From Elusimicrobiota bacterium (GTDB lineage: Bacteria > Elusimicrobiota > Elusimicrobia > Elusimicrobiales > UBA9959), in contig JAINCQ010000020.1 of the NCBI GenBank assembly GCA_036574205.1, forward strand, positions 26,840-90,839: a DNA stretch of 64,000 bases, written 5' to 3'. Below, in pieces: positions 19,881-30,838 of this stretch. A model generated the notes under the pieces. It made no database searches. It was not told the origin of the DNA and saw only the letters and a list, made by a program, of their open reading frames with translations. Numbering within the stretch: the first letter of the stretch is position 1; each line of letters begins with the position of its first letter. The translations under genes were made by a program, and so were the position numbers.

Positions 19881-21146
19881 TTAAATTTTAAATATTTCCT
19901 TAATTATTTTATCTGTTGCGCCTTTAAGAGACAAAAGCGCTTTATTGGAATTTAAAGACGCAGTAATAAGATATTTTTCTGATAAAAGAACTTCTATTCT
20001 TGATTTTAAATCATATTCATCTTTTACAACAAATCCTCCCTTATATTCTATGAGTCTTTGGGCAGCTTCTTTCTGGTTAAAATAATTTGGTCCAAAAAGA
20101 ACTGGCTTTGAAAAGATTGATGGCTCAAGAAGGTTATGCCCACCGATTTTATTAAGAGTTCCTCCAACAAAACATATACAGGATAAAAAATAAAATTTTA
20201 ATAGAACACCTATTTTATCCACTATCAAAATTTGAGTATCAAATAAATTTATCTTTTCCTCATTGCTTTCGCCAATATCAGAAAATTTCAAATATTTTAA
20301 TCCAATTTTTTTTATCTTTTCTTCAAAGAAACGAGTTTTTTCCACATGTCTTGGAACAATTATATATTTTATATTTTCCTTATCATAAATAAGGTCATAG
20401 CTCTTAAGTATTATATCTAACTCTTCTAAATGAATACTTCCGAAGGTTATTAACTTTTTTTTATCAAAACCTATTTTACTTAGCAAAAATTTTATATCGT
20501 CTGCATCTGATGTTTTAACATATACATCATATTTTGTGTTACCACTAACATATATTTTTTCTTTATCTATAAAATGGGAAAACCTTTTAGCGCTTTCCTC
20601 ATTTTGAACAAATATCTTCAAAGCTTTCTTAAATGAATATTTTAAAAGAGGAGATATGATTTTATACAGAGTAAAAGAGTTTTCTGAAATTTTTGCATTT
20701 ATATAATAAAGTTTTGACCTTTCAGAGCATACTTTAACAAAACTTGGCCATAACTCAGTCTCAGCTATAAATATAAAATCTGGATTTACCTTTTTTACAA
20801 ATTTTTTGATAACTGGATAAAAATCAAAAGGTATTATAAAAGCATTTTCAGTTATCTGTTTTGCTGCCAAAAGTGCTGTTTCTGTAAAAGTAGTTATGAC
20901 TATGGTATAGTTGGGGAATGAGTTTTTAAAAAATTCTATAATGGACTTTATCGCATTTATCTCACCTATAGAAGAGCAATGAAAAAGGACCGTTTTATTT
21001 TTGAAAGCTTTGATCTCTGGAAAAATTCTTTTAATCCAGTATTTAAAAGTAAATGATTTTGTTCTTATAACTATAACTAACGGAAATGAGATAATAATAA
21101 AAAAAGGAATGAGGGTATTATAAAATAAAAACAAAAGAAAGCCCAT
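19881..21146 (-). CDS. waaA: Kdo transferase
   Basis: HCSSIGE, PFD, ETELWP, GNTKYD, VPRH, GGHNLLEP. Confidence 0.92.
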   Translation of the reverse strand: MGFLLFLFYNTLIPFFIIISFPLVIVIRTKSFTFKYWIKRIFPEIKAFKNKTVLFHCSSIGEINAIKSIIEFFKNSFPNYTIVITTFTETALLAAKQITENAFIIPFDFYPVIKKFVKKVNPDFIFIAETELWPSFVKVCSERSKLYYINAKISENSFTLYKIISPLLKYSFKKALKIFVQNEESAKRFSHFIDKEKIYVSGNTKYDVYVKTSDADDIKFLLSKIGFDKKKLITFGSIHLEELDIILKSYDLIYDKENIKYIIVPRHVEKTRFFEEKIKKIGLKYLKFSDIGESNEEKINLFDTQILIVDKIGVLLKFYFLSCICFVGGTLNKIGGHNLLEPSIFSKPVLFGPNYFNQKEAAQRLIEYKGGFVVKDEYDLKSRIEVLLSEKYLITASLNSNKALLSLKGATDKIIKEIFKI

Positions 21147-21758
21147 TTATTTTTTCTTCTTTGTAACCCATTTAAGATAAAAAAAACGGGTATATAAAGG
21201 TTTAAAAGAATCGTTTTCAAAAAAAACTGAAATTTTATTAGATAAAAGTCTTTCAGAAAGTTCTTTAAGAGGAAATTCAACTAATTTTTTTCCATCAACA
21301 TAGAGATAAACGGGGTCTGATACTTCAAAATTTTCTTTTTTTGATTCTTCAGCTACCATTTCACAAACAGACTTTACTGCCGTGTTAGAATAAACATCCA
21401 TAATAATTTTTGAAACTGCTAATTCAAAATCTTCAAGTAACGCCATTTTTTGCTCTATATCAGATCCCATAGTTATTATTACAAATGAATAAATATTACA
21501 ACCCTTTGTGTCCAAAGAGGAAATTATGTCTTTTCCAAAAAGTTTCTCCATCTCTATCATTTCTATTGTGTCATAAACAGCTGATGGAGATAAGTATGAT
21601 ACAAAGTTTGAAACATATTCTTTGAAATTTTTTTCATAATTTTCTTTGCCGCCAAATAATTCAATAGCATCTATCCCTTCTTTCTTTGATTTTCTCTCTA
21701 TATCATAATAATAAATTGGTATTTTAAAATTTTTTACCTTTCTCATTTTTTTCAACAA
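21147..21758 (-). CDS. Hypothetical protein, possibly a degenerate methionine-synthase activation-domain-like protein
   Basis: Weak resemblance (FVIITMGSDIEQ...IIMDVYSNTAV...KPLYT); tightly packed between secF and waaA. Confidence 0.45.
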   Translation of the reverse strand: MLKKMRKVKNFKIPIYYYDIERKSKKEGIDAIELFGGKENYEKNFKEYVSNFVSYLSPSAVYDTIEMIEMEKLFGKDIISSLDTKGCNIYSFVIITMGSDIEQKMALLEDFELAVSKIIMDVYSNTAVKSVCEMVAEESKKENFEVSDPVYLYVDGKKLVEFPLKELSERLLSNKISVFFENDSFKPLYTRFFYLKWVTKKKK

Positions 21759-21772
21759 CTACTATTTTAGGA

Positions 21773-22645
21773 TTAGTCCTTTTGCCACTGGTATGTAAGA
21801 GTGGTTGCTATAGCAACAGTTGAGTAAACTCCAGAAATAGTTCCTATAAGCATACAAAAAGCAAAATCATTTATAGCTGATCCACCCATCAAATATAAAA
21901 ATAATAGAACACCAAAAACTGTTACGGAAGTAATTATGGTCCTTGAAAGGGTTTCATTTATACTTGTGTTTATTATTTCACCAAGCGGCATTTTCGGAAA
22001 TTTTCTAATATTTTCTCTCATCCTGTCAAATATAACTATAGTGTCGTTTATGGAATATCCTGCTATAGTCAACAGTGCCGCCACTATAACAAGATCAATC
22101 TCTCTGTTCGTAATGGACATTGCTGCAATAGCGACTAAAACATCATGCAACAAGGCTATAACTCCTGTTATGCCCCATACTGGATTTGTAAATCTAAAAG
22201 CTATATAAACTATTATTCCAAACATAGAAAGTATAATTGCAAATATAGCTTTTCTTGCAAGTTCTTTTCCAACAACAGGACCAACAAAATCTCTTTTCTC
22301 TTCAATAAACTTAAGGGCTTTAGAATTTAAAATATCTATTATTTTATTGGCATATTCATTAACATTTTCCTGTTTGCCTTTAACCATTATCCCAAAAGAA
22401 TTATCATAGCTTCTTATCTGACAGTCAATCCCTCCTTCTTTAAGTATTTTCCTTAATGTTCCTATATCTATTTTTTCTTCAAACTTAAGTTGTAACATCG
22501 TTCCACCGACAAAATCAAGTCCAAGGTTAATACCTTTCAGATATATTGAGATAAACCCACTTATTATTACAATAATAGAAATAGCAAAAAAATAATATCT
22601 TTTACTGATGAAATTTATGTTAGTTTTTGGAATAATTTTAATCAT
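21773..22645 (-). CDS. secF: Protein translocase subunit SecF
   Basis: GLDFVGG, VGPVVG, LLHD, GYSINDTIVIFDRMRE. Confidence 0.96.
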   Translation of the reverse strand: MIKIIPKTNINFISKRYYFFAISIIVIISGFISIYLKGINLGLDFVGGTMLQLKFEEKIDIGTLRKILKEGGIDCQIRSYDNSFGIMVKGKQENVNEYANKIIDILNSKALKFIEEKRDFVGPVVGKELARKAIFAIILSMFGIIVYIAFRFTNPVWGITGVIALLHDVLVAIAAMSITNREIDLVIVAALLTIAGYSINDTIVIFDRMRENIRKFPKMPLGEIINTSINETLSRTIITSVTVFGVLLFLYLMGGSAINDFAFCMLIGTISGVYSTVAIATTLTYQWQKD

Positions 22646-22654
22646 AAAATCCTC

Positions 22655-24088
22655 CTATATTTTTAAGTCCTTTGGATTTGAAGTCAGCCAGAACTCATAA
22701 ATAATCCTTGTTACATACACAGAAGTAAACACACCTATTAAAAGGCCTATTGTTAAAGTTGTCGCAAATCCTTTAACAGGACCCGAACCAAATTGAAATA
22801 AAAACACACTTGTAATCCAAGTTGTCAGGTTTGAGTCAAATATGGCGCTCCAGGCTTTTTCATAAGCGGTGGAAATAGTTATAGGTATAGGTTTTTTAAG
22901 TAATAATTCTTCTCTCATCCTTTCAAGTATAAGAACATTAGCATCAACTGCCATTGCCAAGCTCAATATCATGCCTGCTATTCCGGGCAAAGTCAATGTT
23001 GCATTGAAATATGATAAAGATGCAAGAAGAAAAAGGAAATTAAAAGCAAGAGCAATAGATGCAATAAATCCACCTCCTGAATAATAAATAATCATAAAAA
23101 TAACCACAAAAGAAAATCCGATAAGACTTGCTCTTAAACCTTTTCTAATAGAATCTTCTCCAAGCGTAGGACCAACAACTCTTTTCTCTATTATTTTAAC
23201 AGGAGCTGGTAAAGCACCGCTTCTTAAAACCAGAGCAATATCTCTTGCTTCCTCCATAGTAAAATTTCCTTCAATTATGCCTTTGCCTCCTGTTATTTTT
23301 GTTTTAATTCTGGGGGCTGTATAGACAACATCATCAAGTACTATAGCAAGAAATCTTCCAACATTTTTGCCAGTATAATCCTCAAATATCTTTCCACCCT
23401 CTTTATTAAAAGAAAATGCTATATATGGCATCCCAAATTGAGAATCAGTTTGAACCCTTGCATTTTCAAGATATGCACCCGTTACTACAATAGAAGACTC
23501 AAGGACATAATATTTTACCTCAGATGTGCCTTCCTCTGATTTTCCTTTAAGTATAGTTAGATTTTTGGGAAGCATTTTAGCTATATATGGGTCTATTGCT
23601 CCTGTATTATCTATTGCAGGTCTATCAAGCTTTGAAATTTCAGAAAGAATATTTGCGCTGGTAGTGGATTCATCAACAAGCATAAATTTAAGTTGAGCAG
23701 TTTTACCTATTAAAGCCTCAGCCTGTTCTGTTTTAGATATTCCAGGCAGATCAACACTAATCCATCTATCTCCAACTTTTGCTATTGGTGTTTCAGCTAT
23801 TCCATAAGCATCAACCCTATTTCTAACTATCTCTATTGCTCTTTGCATAGCATCCTGCAATTTTTCATTTTTATCAAGTTTATCTATCTCAAGCTCAAGT
23901 AAAAGGTGTGTGCCACCTCTTAAGTCAAGCCCCAAATTAAGTATATGTTTAGGTCTTTGTTTCATTGCTTCTAATTTTTCTCTTTCCAAAGCAGATTTAA
24001 AATACCAATCAAAAGTTGGATAAAGTAGAAACAATGAAATTATTATCAGTCCTATCACTAAAGACATTTTCCAGTGAAGCGCTTTCAT
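22655..24088 (-). CDS. secD: Protein translocase subunit SecD
   Basis: LGLDLRGG, LRSGALP, VGPTLG, AVDANVLILERMREE. Confidence 0.96.
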   Translation of the reverse strand: MKALHWKMSLVIGLIIISLFLLYPTFDWYFKSALEREKLEAMKQRPKHILNLGLDLRGGTHLLLELEIDKLDKNEKLQDAMQRAIEIVRNRVDAYGIAETPIAKVGDRWISVDLPGISKTEQAEALIGKTAQLKFMLVDESTTSANILSEISKLDRPAIDNTGAIDPYIAKMLPKNLTILKGKSEEGTSEVKYYVLESSIVVTGAYLENARVQTDSQFGMPYIAFSFNKEGGKIFEDYTGKNVGRFLAIVLDDVVYTAPRIKTKITGGKGIIEGNFTMEEARDIALVLRSGALPAPVKIIEKRVVGPTLGEDSIRKGLRASLIGFSFVVIFMIIYYSGGGFIASIALAFNFLFLLASLSYFNATLTLPGIAGMILSLAMAVDANVLILERMREELLLKKPIPITISTAYEKAWSAIFDSNLTTWITSVFLFQFGSGPVKGFATTLTIGLLIGVFTSVYVTRIIYEFWLTSNPKDLKI

Positions 24089-24115
24089 ATATACTCCTTT
24101 TTAGATATAAGATAT

Positions 24116-24391
24116 TTAACTATTTAAAACTGTGGTTATTGCAGATTTTAAAGCAGTTACTTTAACATTTTTAGAGATTTCAAGCTCTATCTCAGAGTCT
24201 TTTATTGAAACAACAGTACCTATTAAGCCCCCTACGGTAATAACCCTATCTCCGGATTTAATGTTTTCAAGCATTTTTTGTCTTTCTTTTGCCTGTTTTT
24301 GTTGCGGCCTTATTAAAAGGAAATAAAATATAACTATCATTATTATAAAAGGAAACATTTGAGCTAAAATACCTGGTTGAGATGAGTTCAT
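24116..24391 (-). CDS. yajC: Preprotein translocase subunit YajC
   Basis: FYFLLIRPQQK, GDRVITVGG. Confidence 0.95.
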   Translation of the reverse strand: MNSSQPGILAQMFPFIIMIVIFYFLLIRPQQKQAKERQKMLENIKSGDRVITVGGLIGTVVSIKDSEIELEISKNVKVTALKSAITTVLNS

Positions 24392-24463
24392 CTTCTCCTC
24401 CTGATTTTAAAATACACTTATTATTTTATCATATTTAGAAAATAAATAATATTATGAAATGGA

Positions 24464-25597
<1,134 letters not shown>

Positions 25598-25614
25598 TTA
25601 ATCCTCATTATTAT

Positions 25615-26676
25615 TTAAATTATCAAACAGGAATCTCCATAGGAATAAAATCTATATTTTTCCTTAACCGCTTCTTTATATGCTTTAAACAAAAGTTCTT
25701 TACCACAAAAAGCGGCTGTCATATAAAGAGGGGGAGAATCCGGAACATGAAAGTTTGTTATAAAAGCATCAGCTACAGAAAATTTATGTCCAATACTTAT
25801 AAATATATCTGTTTCGGTTTCTCCCGCTTTTACAAATCCATCTCTGGTTTTCATTTTTTCAATCGTTCTCATTGTAGAGGTTCCAACCGCAAAAATTCTT
25901 TTTCCATTTTTTTTAGTTTCATTAATTATATCTGCTGCGGCAGGTAATATCCTGCAATATTCACCGGGCATAACAAAATTTTCAGGATCTTCCCTTACCA
26001 TTTTAAAAGTTCCCCATCCAATATGAAGCAATATTTTTACCACTTTAACACCCTTAGATGATATTAAATTAAGAAGTTCTTCTGAAAAATGAAATCCAGC
26101 AGTTGGAGCTGCAACAGAACCGGGCTCTTTTGCAAAAACAGTTTGATATCTTAGATCATCTTCATAAAAACTGTTTTTTTCTTCGATCTTTTTCCTTCTT
26201 TTTTCTATGTAAGCTGGAAGGGGAATTTTACCATACTTTAAAATATAATCATCAGTTATTGGGGATTCAAAATAAAAAACAAAACTTCCATCATCTTTTT
26301 TTTTAATTTCAAGTATTTTTATTCCACCTTCAAGAAAATATTTTTTTGACGGATTTATCTTTTTAGAAAGGGCAATCCAACTTTTACCATCCTCCCCAAT
26401 TTTTTTTAAAAGAAGTATATCTTTTTTATTCCCCATCTCATCAGTTAAATATATTTTATTTTTCACAACCATTGTCTCATTTAAAATGATACAATCCCCG
26501 GGATTTAAATAATTTATTATATCGTAAAAAAATGAATGTTTTATAGTTTTGTCTTTTCTGTTTATAATCATCAATCTTGAATTATCTCTTTTTTCAAGAG
26601 GAAAAGGAGCTATTAAATCAGATATTTCAAGTTCTCTGAACTCGCTTAATTCAGTTGCCATAACCAAGTTTTTCAA
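25615..26676 (-). CDS. queA: SAM:tRNA ribosyltransferase-isomerase
   Basis: YQTVFA, GSVAAPTAG, VGTS, TNFH, YRFYSYGD; start may be 26661. Confidence 0.93.
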   Translation of the reverse strand: MKNLVMATELSEFRELEISDLIAPFPLEKRDNSRLMIINRKDKTIKHSFFYDIINYLNPGDCIILNETMVVKNKIYLTDEMGNKKDILLLKKIGEDGKSWIALSKKINPSKKYFLEGGIKILEIKKKDDGSFVFYFESPITDDYILKYGKIPLPAYIEKRRKKIEEKNSFYEDDLRYQTVFAKEPGSVAAPTAGFHFSEELLNLISSKGVKVVKILLHIGWGTFKMVREDPENFVMPGEYCRILPAAADIINETKKNGKRIFAVGTSTMRTIEKMKTRDGFVKAGETETDIFISIGHKFSVADAFITNFHVPDSPPLYMTAAFCGKELLFKAYKEAVKEKYRFYSYGDSCLII

Positions 26677-27808
26677 AATCTATAATTTTAGAACCGGGAT
26701 AATAAAAACTAAGTATTTTTTTATAATTATAACCCTTATCTGCCATAAATCTTGCTCCATCCTGACATAACCCAACACCATGACCCCATCCTTTTCCATA
26801 AAACTTATAGCCGCTAGCAAGTTTTTCTATCTTTGTGATAAATGTGCTTTTTAAATCATAAGTTCCTATAAAGTTTCTAAAATCTTTAGCCTCCAATTTA
26901 ATATTTCCCCTGTCAGTTTTAAAAAGTAACTTTATTGCCCTTCCAGATCGGTCTTTTGAATATATCTTAATATCCTTTACCTTTGTTGCTCCATATCCGT
27001 TTTTATTTATGAATCTTAAAATATCTAAGTTCGTAATATATATATACCATTTTGCATTCCTGGAGTATTTATAATAAGGATCGGATACGCCTTTAAGAGG
27101 CAAAATTACGTTTGAATTCCACGCTCCACTAGGGGTTGTTGTATGTCCACCAGAATTTGCATGATAATAAGCATAAAATATATCATCTTTATATGAAAGA
27201 ACCTCTCCACGTGTTTCATTGACTGCAGAGATTATCTGAGGAGATATATTTTCAAACCCTGTGTATACCTGATGGGATGTAGTATTTGTCATATCATACT
27301 CTGCATTTTTATCAATAGATTTCAATGTATATGTTCTTGCCGCCACAGCCTGTGCTTTTAATGCTTCTATAGGCCAGCTTACTCCCATCTCAGGTCCTAA
27401 AACACCCCATAGATATCTTTCTAAATCTACATACTCTATTACGTTTATATATCCATTTTTATTTAAGAATTTAAATTTTCCACGATATTTCTTATCATTA
27501 ATAATCAAATAACTTGATGGATTATTGCTTTCAATATATATTGGAGAAAGAACTTTTTCATCTGTTATAAGCAAAAAATTATCACCTTGTGGAATTATCT
27601 CATAATTAGAATTTTCCAGAAGAATATATTTTTCTTTAGTTTTTTCTTCATAAACATAAACCGATCCAAATGTTTTTATGTTCACTTTTGAAACCCCTTT
27701 CTCAATAAGTATCCTTACCTCAATAGATTTAGAAATACCATCAGCGCTAAAAATAAAGCTAGATGAAAAGAAGTAAAAAATAAAAAAAAATTCAAAAAAG
27801 AGTTTCAT
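26651..27808 (-). CDS. SpoIID/LytB-family lytic transglycosylase
   Basis: LERYLWGVLGPEM, EALKAQAVAARTY, QVY, GWGHGVGLCQ. Confidence 0.92.
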   Translation of the reverse strand: MKLFFEFFFIFYFFSSSFIFSADGISKSIEVRILIEKGVSKVNIKTFGSVYVYEEKTKEKYILLENSNYEIIPQGDNFLLITDEKVLSPIYIESNNPSSYLIINDKKYRGKFKFLNKNGYINVIEYVDLERYLWGVLGPEMGVSWPIEALKAQAVAARTYTLKSIDKNAEYDMTNTTSHQVYTGFENISPQIISAVNETRGEVLSYKDDIFYAYYHANSGGHTTTPSGAWNSNVILPLKGVSDPYYKYSRNAKWYIYITNLDILRFINKNGYGATKVKDIKIYSKDRSGRAIKLLFKTDRGNIKLEAKDFRNFIGTYDLKSTFITKIEKLASGYKFYGKGWGHGVGLCQDGARFMADKGYNYKKILSFYYPGSKIIDFEKLGYGN

Positions 27809-28805
27809 TTTTTTTAGCTACAATGCCAAGATGTTTATATGATTTTTCGGTAAGTATTCTACCTCGCGGAGTCCTTTGTAGAAAGCCAGATTTTATAAGA
27901 TATGGCTCTATAACATCAGCTATAGTGTCAATTTCTTCTGAAAGAGCAACAGCAATATTTTCTATTCCAACAGGTCCGCCATTAAATTTTTCTGCTATTG
28001 TTTTAAGCAGCATTCTATCAAGATTATCAAGTCCCTGTGAATCTATCTCCATAGCTTGAAGAGAAGAAGCAGCTATATCTTTCGTAATCACCCCATCTCC
28101 TTTTATTTCAGCAAAATCCCTTATTCTTTTCAACAACCTATTTGCTATCCTTGGAGTTCCGCGGGAGCGCCTCGCTATTTCCATAATACCATCTTGTGTG
28201 GTTTTAATTTTTAATATAGATGCTGAACGCTTTATTATTTCTCCTATTTCACTTTCATCATAAAAACCAAGATTCTCTATAATTCCAAATCTATCCCTTA
28301 AAGGAGTAGTTAAAAGTCCACTTCTTGTGGTAGCTCCTATTATAGTAATTCTGGGAGTTTTTATCTTCAATGTTGTAGCCCCAACTCCTTTTCCAGTATT
28401 TATAAAAAAATAAAAATCTTCCATAACAGGATAAAGCGCTTCTTCAACTGAAACATTTAATCTATGTATTTCATCTATAAAAAGAACATCTCCATCAGAA
28501 AGTTCGCTTGTCAAAGTAGCAGCAAGATCGCCCGGTTTTGTAAGAACAGGACCCGATATTACTTTTATATTTACTCCCAATTCATTGGCTATTATATAAG
28601 AAAGTGTCGTTTTGCCAAGACCCGGGGGGGCGTAAAAAAGGCAATGATCAAGTGGTTGTTTCCTTTTCCTGGCAGCTTCTATATAGACCCGCATATTTTC
28701 TTTCATTTTTTTTTGTCCAATAAATTCATCCAGAGTCTTTGGTCTTAAAGAATATTCAAAAGCTTCTTCCTCTGGATTAAGATTTTTATTGTATATATAA
28801 TCCAT
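27792..28805 (-). CDS. ruvB: Holliday junction branch migration helicase
   Basis: LRPKTLDEFIGQ, PPGLGKTT, FIDEIHR, RGTPRIANRLL. Confidence 0.98.
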   Translation of the reverse strand: MDYIYNKNLNPEEEAFEYSLRPKTLDEFIGQKKMKENMRVYIEAARKRKQPLDHCLFYAPPGLGKTTLSYIIANELGVNIKVISGPVLTKPGDLAATLTSELSDGDVLFIDEIHRLNVSVEEALYPVMEDFYFFINTGKGVGATTLKIKTPRITIIGATTRSGLLTTPLRDRFGIIENLGFYDESEIGEIIKRSASILKIKTTQDGIMEIARRSRGTPRIANRLLKRIRDFAEIKGDGVITKDIAASSLQAMEIDSQGLDNLDRMLLKTIAEKFNGGPVGIENIAVALSEEIDTIADVIEPYLIKSGFLQRTPRGRILTEKSYKHLGIVAKKNETLF

Positions 28806-29420
28806 TTAAACCCCTGATAATTTTTTAAGTGAAAGCTTTATTAAATCCTCTATATTTATATTTTTATCTTTAAACTCTTCTCCCACAGTATTAACAGCCA
28901 TACGAGCATCAGAAAGTTTATATCCAAGACCGACCAGAGCGTTTATTGCTGTTTCATAATGTTTGGAAAAAACTGTAAAAGAATATTTAGATTGCTCTTC
29001 TGTTTCAAGTCTGTCAACCTTATCTTTAAGAGAATCAATTATTTTTTGGGCGGTTTTAGGAGTAAAGCCAAAAAGATTTTTCAAAGTCTTAATATCCTGA
29101 GTTTTAATAGCTTTTTTAAAATCAGAGACAGATTTCAGTATTTTATTAAGATAATCCATTGCCTTTTTAGCTCCTGTATCTGGAACCGAATCGCAAAGTA
29201 AATTAAAAATTACTTTCTCACTGAGACTTAAAAATCCATACATCTTTCCGCCTTCATAAGGGCTGAAAGAATTATGAATATAAAACTCACATATTGAATT
29301 TATTGAAATTTTTGAAATATCAAAGTCGCATAAAAAGATTTCCCATCCTATTCCATTATTTTCTACCAAAACGTTATTGCCAGAAATATTTATTACTTTT
29401 CCCTTAAGATAGGATATCAT
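28806..29420 (-). CDS. ruvA: Holliday junction binding protein
   Basis: MISYLKG, YGF, HhH motifs, ALVGLGY; located between ruvC and ruvB. Confidence 0.9.
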   Translation of the reverse strand: MISYLKGKVINISGNNVLVENNGIGWEIFLCDFDISKISINSICEFYIHNSFSPYEGGKMYGFLSLSEKVIFNLLCDSVPDTGAKKAMDYLNKILKSVSDFKKAIKTQDIKTLKNLFGFTPKTAQKIIDSLKDKVDRLETEEQSKYSFTVFSKHYETAINALVGLGYKLSDARMAVNTVGEEFKDKNINIEDLIKLSLKKLSGV

Positions 29421-29902
29421 AATAAAATACCTGTTGAACGCATCCTTATATCCACAAGTGCTATTGCTATTGCATCAGCTATATCAGGATAAATAGTATT
29501 TTTAATTGAAAAAAGGGTTCTAATTACATTTTGAATCTGTTTTTTGTTAGCGTTTCCATTGCCAGTTATATTTTGCTTTATGGTTTTAGGATTATATTCT
29601 TTATATTCTATTCCCAAGTTTTCAAGAGCAAGCAGTATCACTCCCCGAGCGTGAATTGTAAGGCTTTGAGTTTTGATTTTATTTATAAAAAAAACTTCTT
29701 CTATAGCTGCGCAATCAACGTTAAACTCCATTATTTTTTTAGTCAGCTGTTCATATATAACTTTTAGTCTTTTTGAAAGAATCATATTATGTGGAGTTTT
29801 TATAAGACCAAAATCTTTGAGCATAATTTTATTTTTTTCAGATGAGAGAACAGCCCATCCAGTGTCTTCAAGCCCGGGATCTATTCCTATTACTGTCTTC
29901 AT
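29417..29902 (-). CDS. ruvC: Crossover junction endodeoxyribonuclease
   Basis: IGIDPG, AIEEVFF, ARGV, GNGNANK, DIADAIAIA. Confidence 0.95.
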   Translation of the reverse strand: MKTVIGIDPGLEDTGWAVLSSEKNKIMLKDFGLIKTPHNMILSKRLKVIYEQLTKKIMEFNVDCAAIEEVFFINKIKTQSLTIHARGVILLALENLGIEYKEYNPKTIKQNITGNGNANKKQIQNVIRTLFSIKNTIYPDIADAIAIALVDIRMRSTGILL

Positions 29903-30663
29903 TATTCTTTTATAAGTTTATCAAGTAATTCTGAAGGTATATCAAAATTAGAAAAAACATTTTTTACATCATCATGATTTTCAAGCTCATCCATCATAGT
30001 AACTATCTTTTCTGCCAGCTCAGCATCTGAAACTTTAACCTCATTTTTAGGTATCATTGTGGCTTCCGCAGAAGAAACATTTATTTTTCTTTCAATAAGT
30101 TTATTTTTAATTTCTTCAACCTTATCAGGAGAAACAAAAATTTCATAAAACTCAGTATCCGGTTCATTTTTAATATCTTCCGCTCCTACATCTAATGCTA
30201 TATTAAAAAGATCATCTTCAGAAATAGAATTTTTAGGAACTGTTATATATCCTCTTCTTTCAAAAATCCAGCTAACACAACCAGTAGTTCCCATATTTCC
30301 GCCATGTCGTTCAAGTATAACTCTGAGTTCATTAAAAGTCCTATTTTTATTATCAGTTGTTGCATCAATCATTACAGCAATACCAGCTGGTCCATAACCT
30401 TCATAAGTTATTTCTTCATAAACGGCTCCTGGTATCTGTCCAGTTCCTCTCATTATTGCTCTTTTAACATTATCAAGCGGCATATTTACTTCTTTCGCGT
30501 CATCAATAGCCTTTCTCAATCTTGGATTTTTGTCTGGGTCTCCACCACCCATTTTTGCAGCAACTGTTATTTCCTTTATTAATTTTGTATAAATTTTGCC
30601 TTTTTTTGCATCATTTGCAGCTTTCTTATGTTTAATTCCAGCCCAATGCGAATGTCCACCCAT
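29902..30663 (-). CDS. yebC: YebC/PmpR family protein
   Basis: MGGHSHWAGIKHKK, YEGYGPAG, TDNKNRT. Confidence 0.96.
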   Translation of the reverse strand: MGGHSHWAGIKHKKAANDAKKGKIYTKLIKEITVAAKMGGGDPDKNPRLRKAIDDAKEVNMPLDNVKRAIMRGTGQIPGAVYEEITYEGYGPAGIAVMIDATTDNKNRTFNELRVILERHGGNMGTTGCVSWIFERRGYITVPKNSISEDDLFNIALDVGAEDIKNEPDTEFYEIFVSPDKVEEIKNKLIERKINVSSAEATMIPKNEVKVSDAELAEKIVTMMDELENHDDVKNVFSNFDIPSELLDKLIKE

Positions 30664-30752
30664 AACTGTTCCTCCTTAATTTATCGCAATATCTTACTAT
30701 ACAGACTAATATTTATTTTATAAAATATAATCTTATTTTACAAACTGTCCGT

Positions 30753-30825
30753 GCCCCCTTAGCTCAAAGGATAGAGCAGCTGCCTTCGAAGCAGTCGGTT
30801 AGAGGTTCGAGTCCTCTAGGGGGCA
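30753..30825 (+). tRNA. tRNA-Arg (anticodon TCG), CCA not encoded
   Basis: GCCCCCT/AGGGGGC acceptor stem, D-loop with GGA (A20), anticodon stem GCTGC/GCAGT around loop CTTCGAA (TCG 30786-30788), T-arm AGAGG-TTCGAGT-CCTCT. Confidence 0.95.
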
Positions 30826-30838
30826 TGCTGGTACTGAC

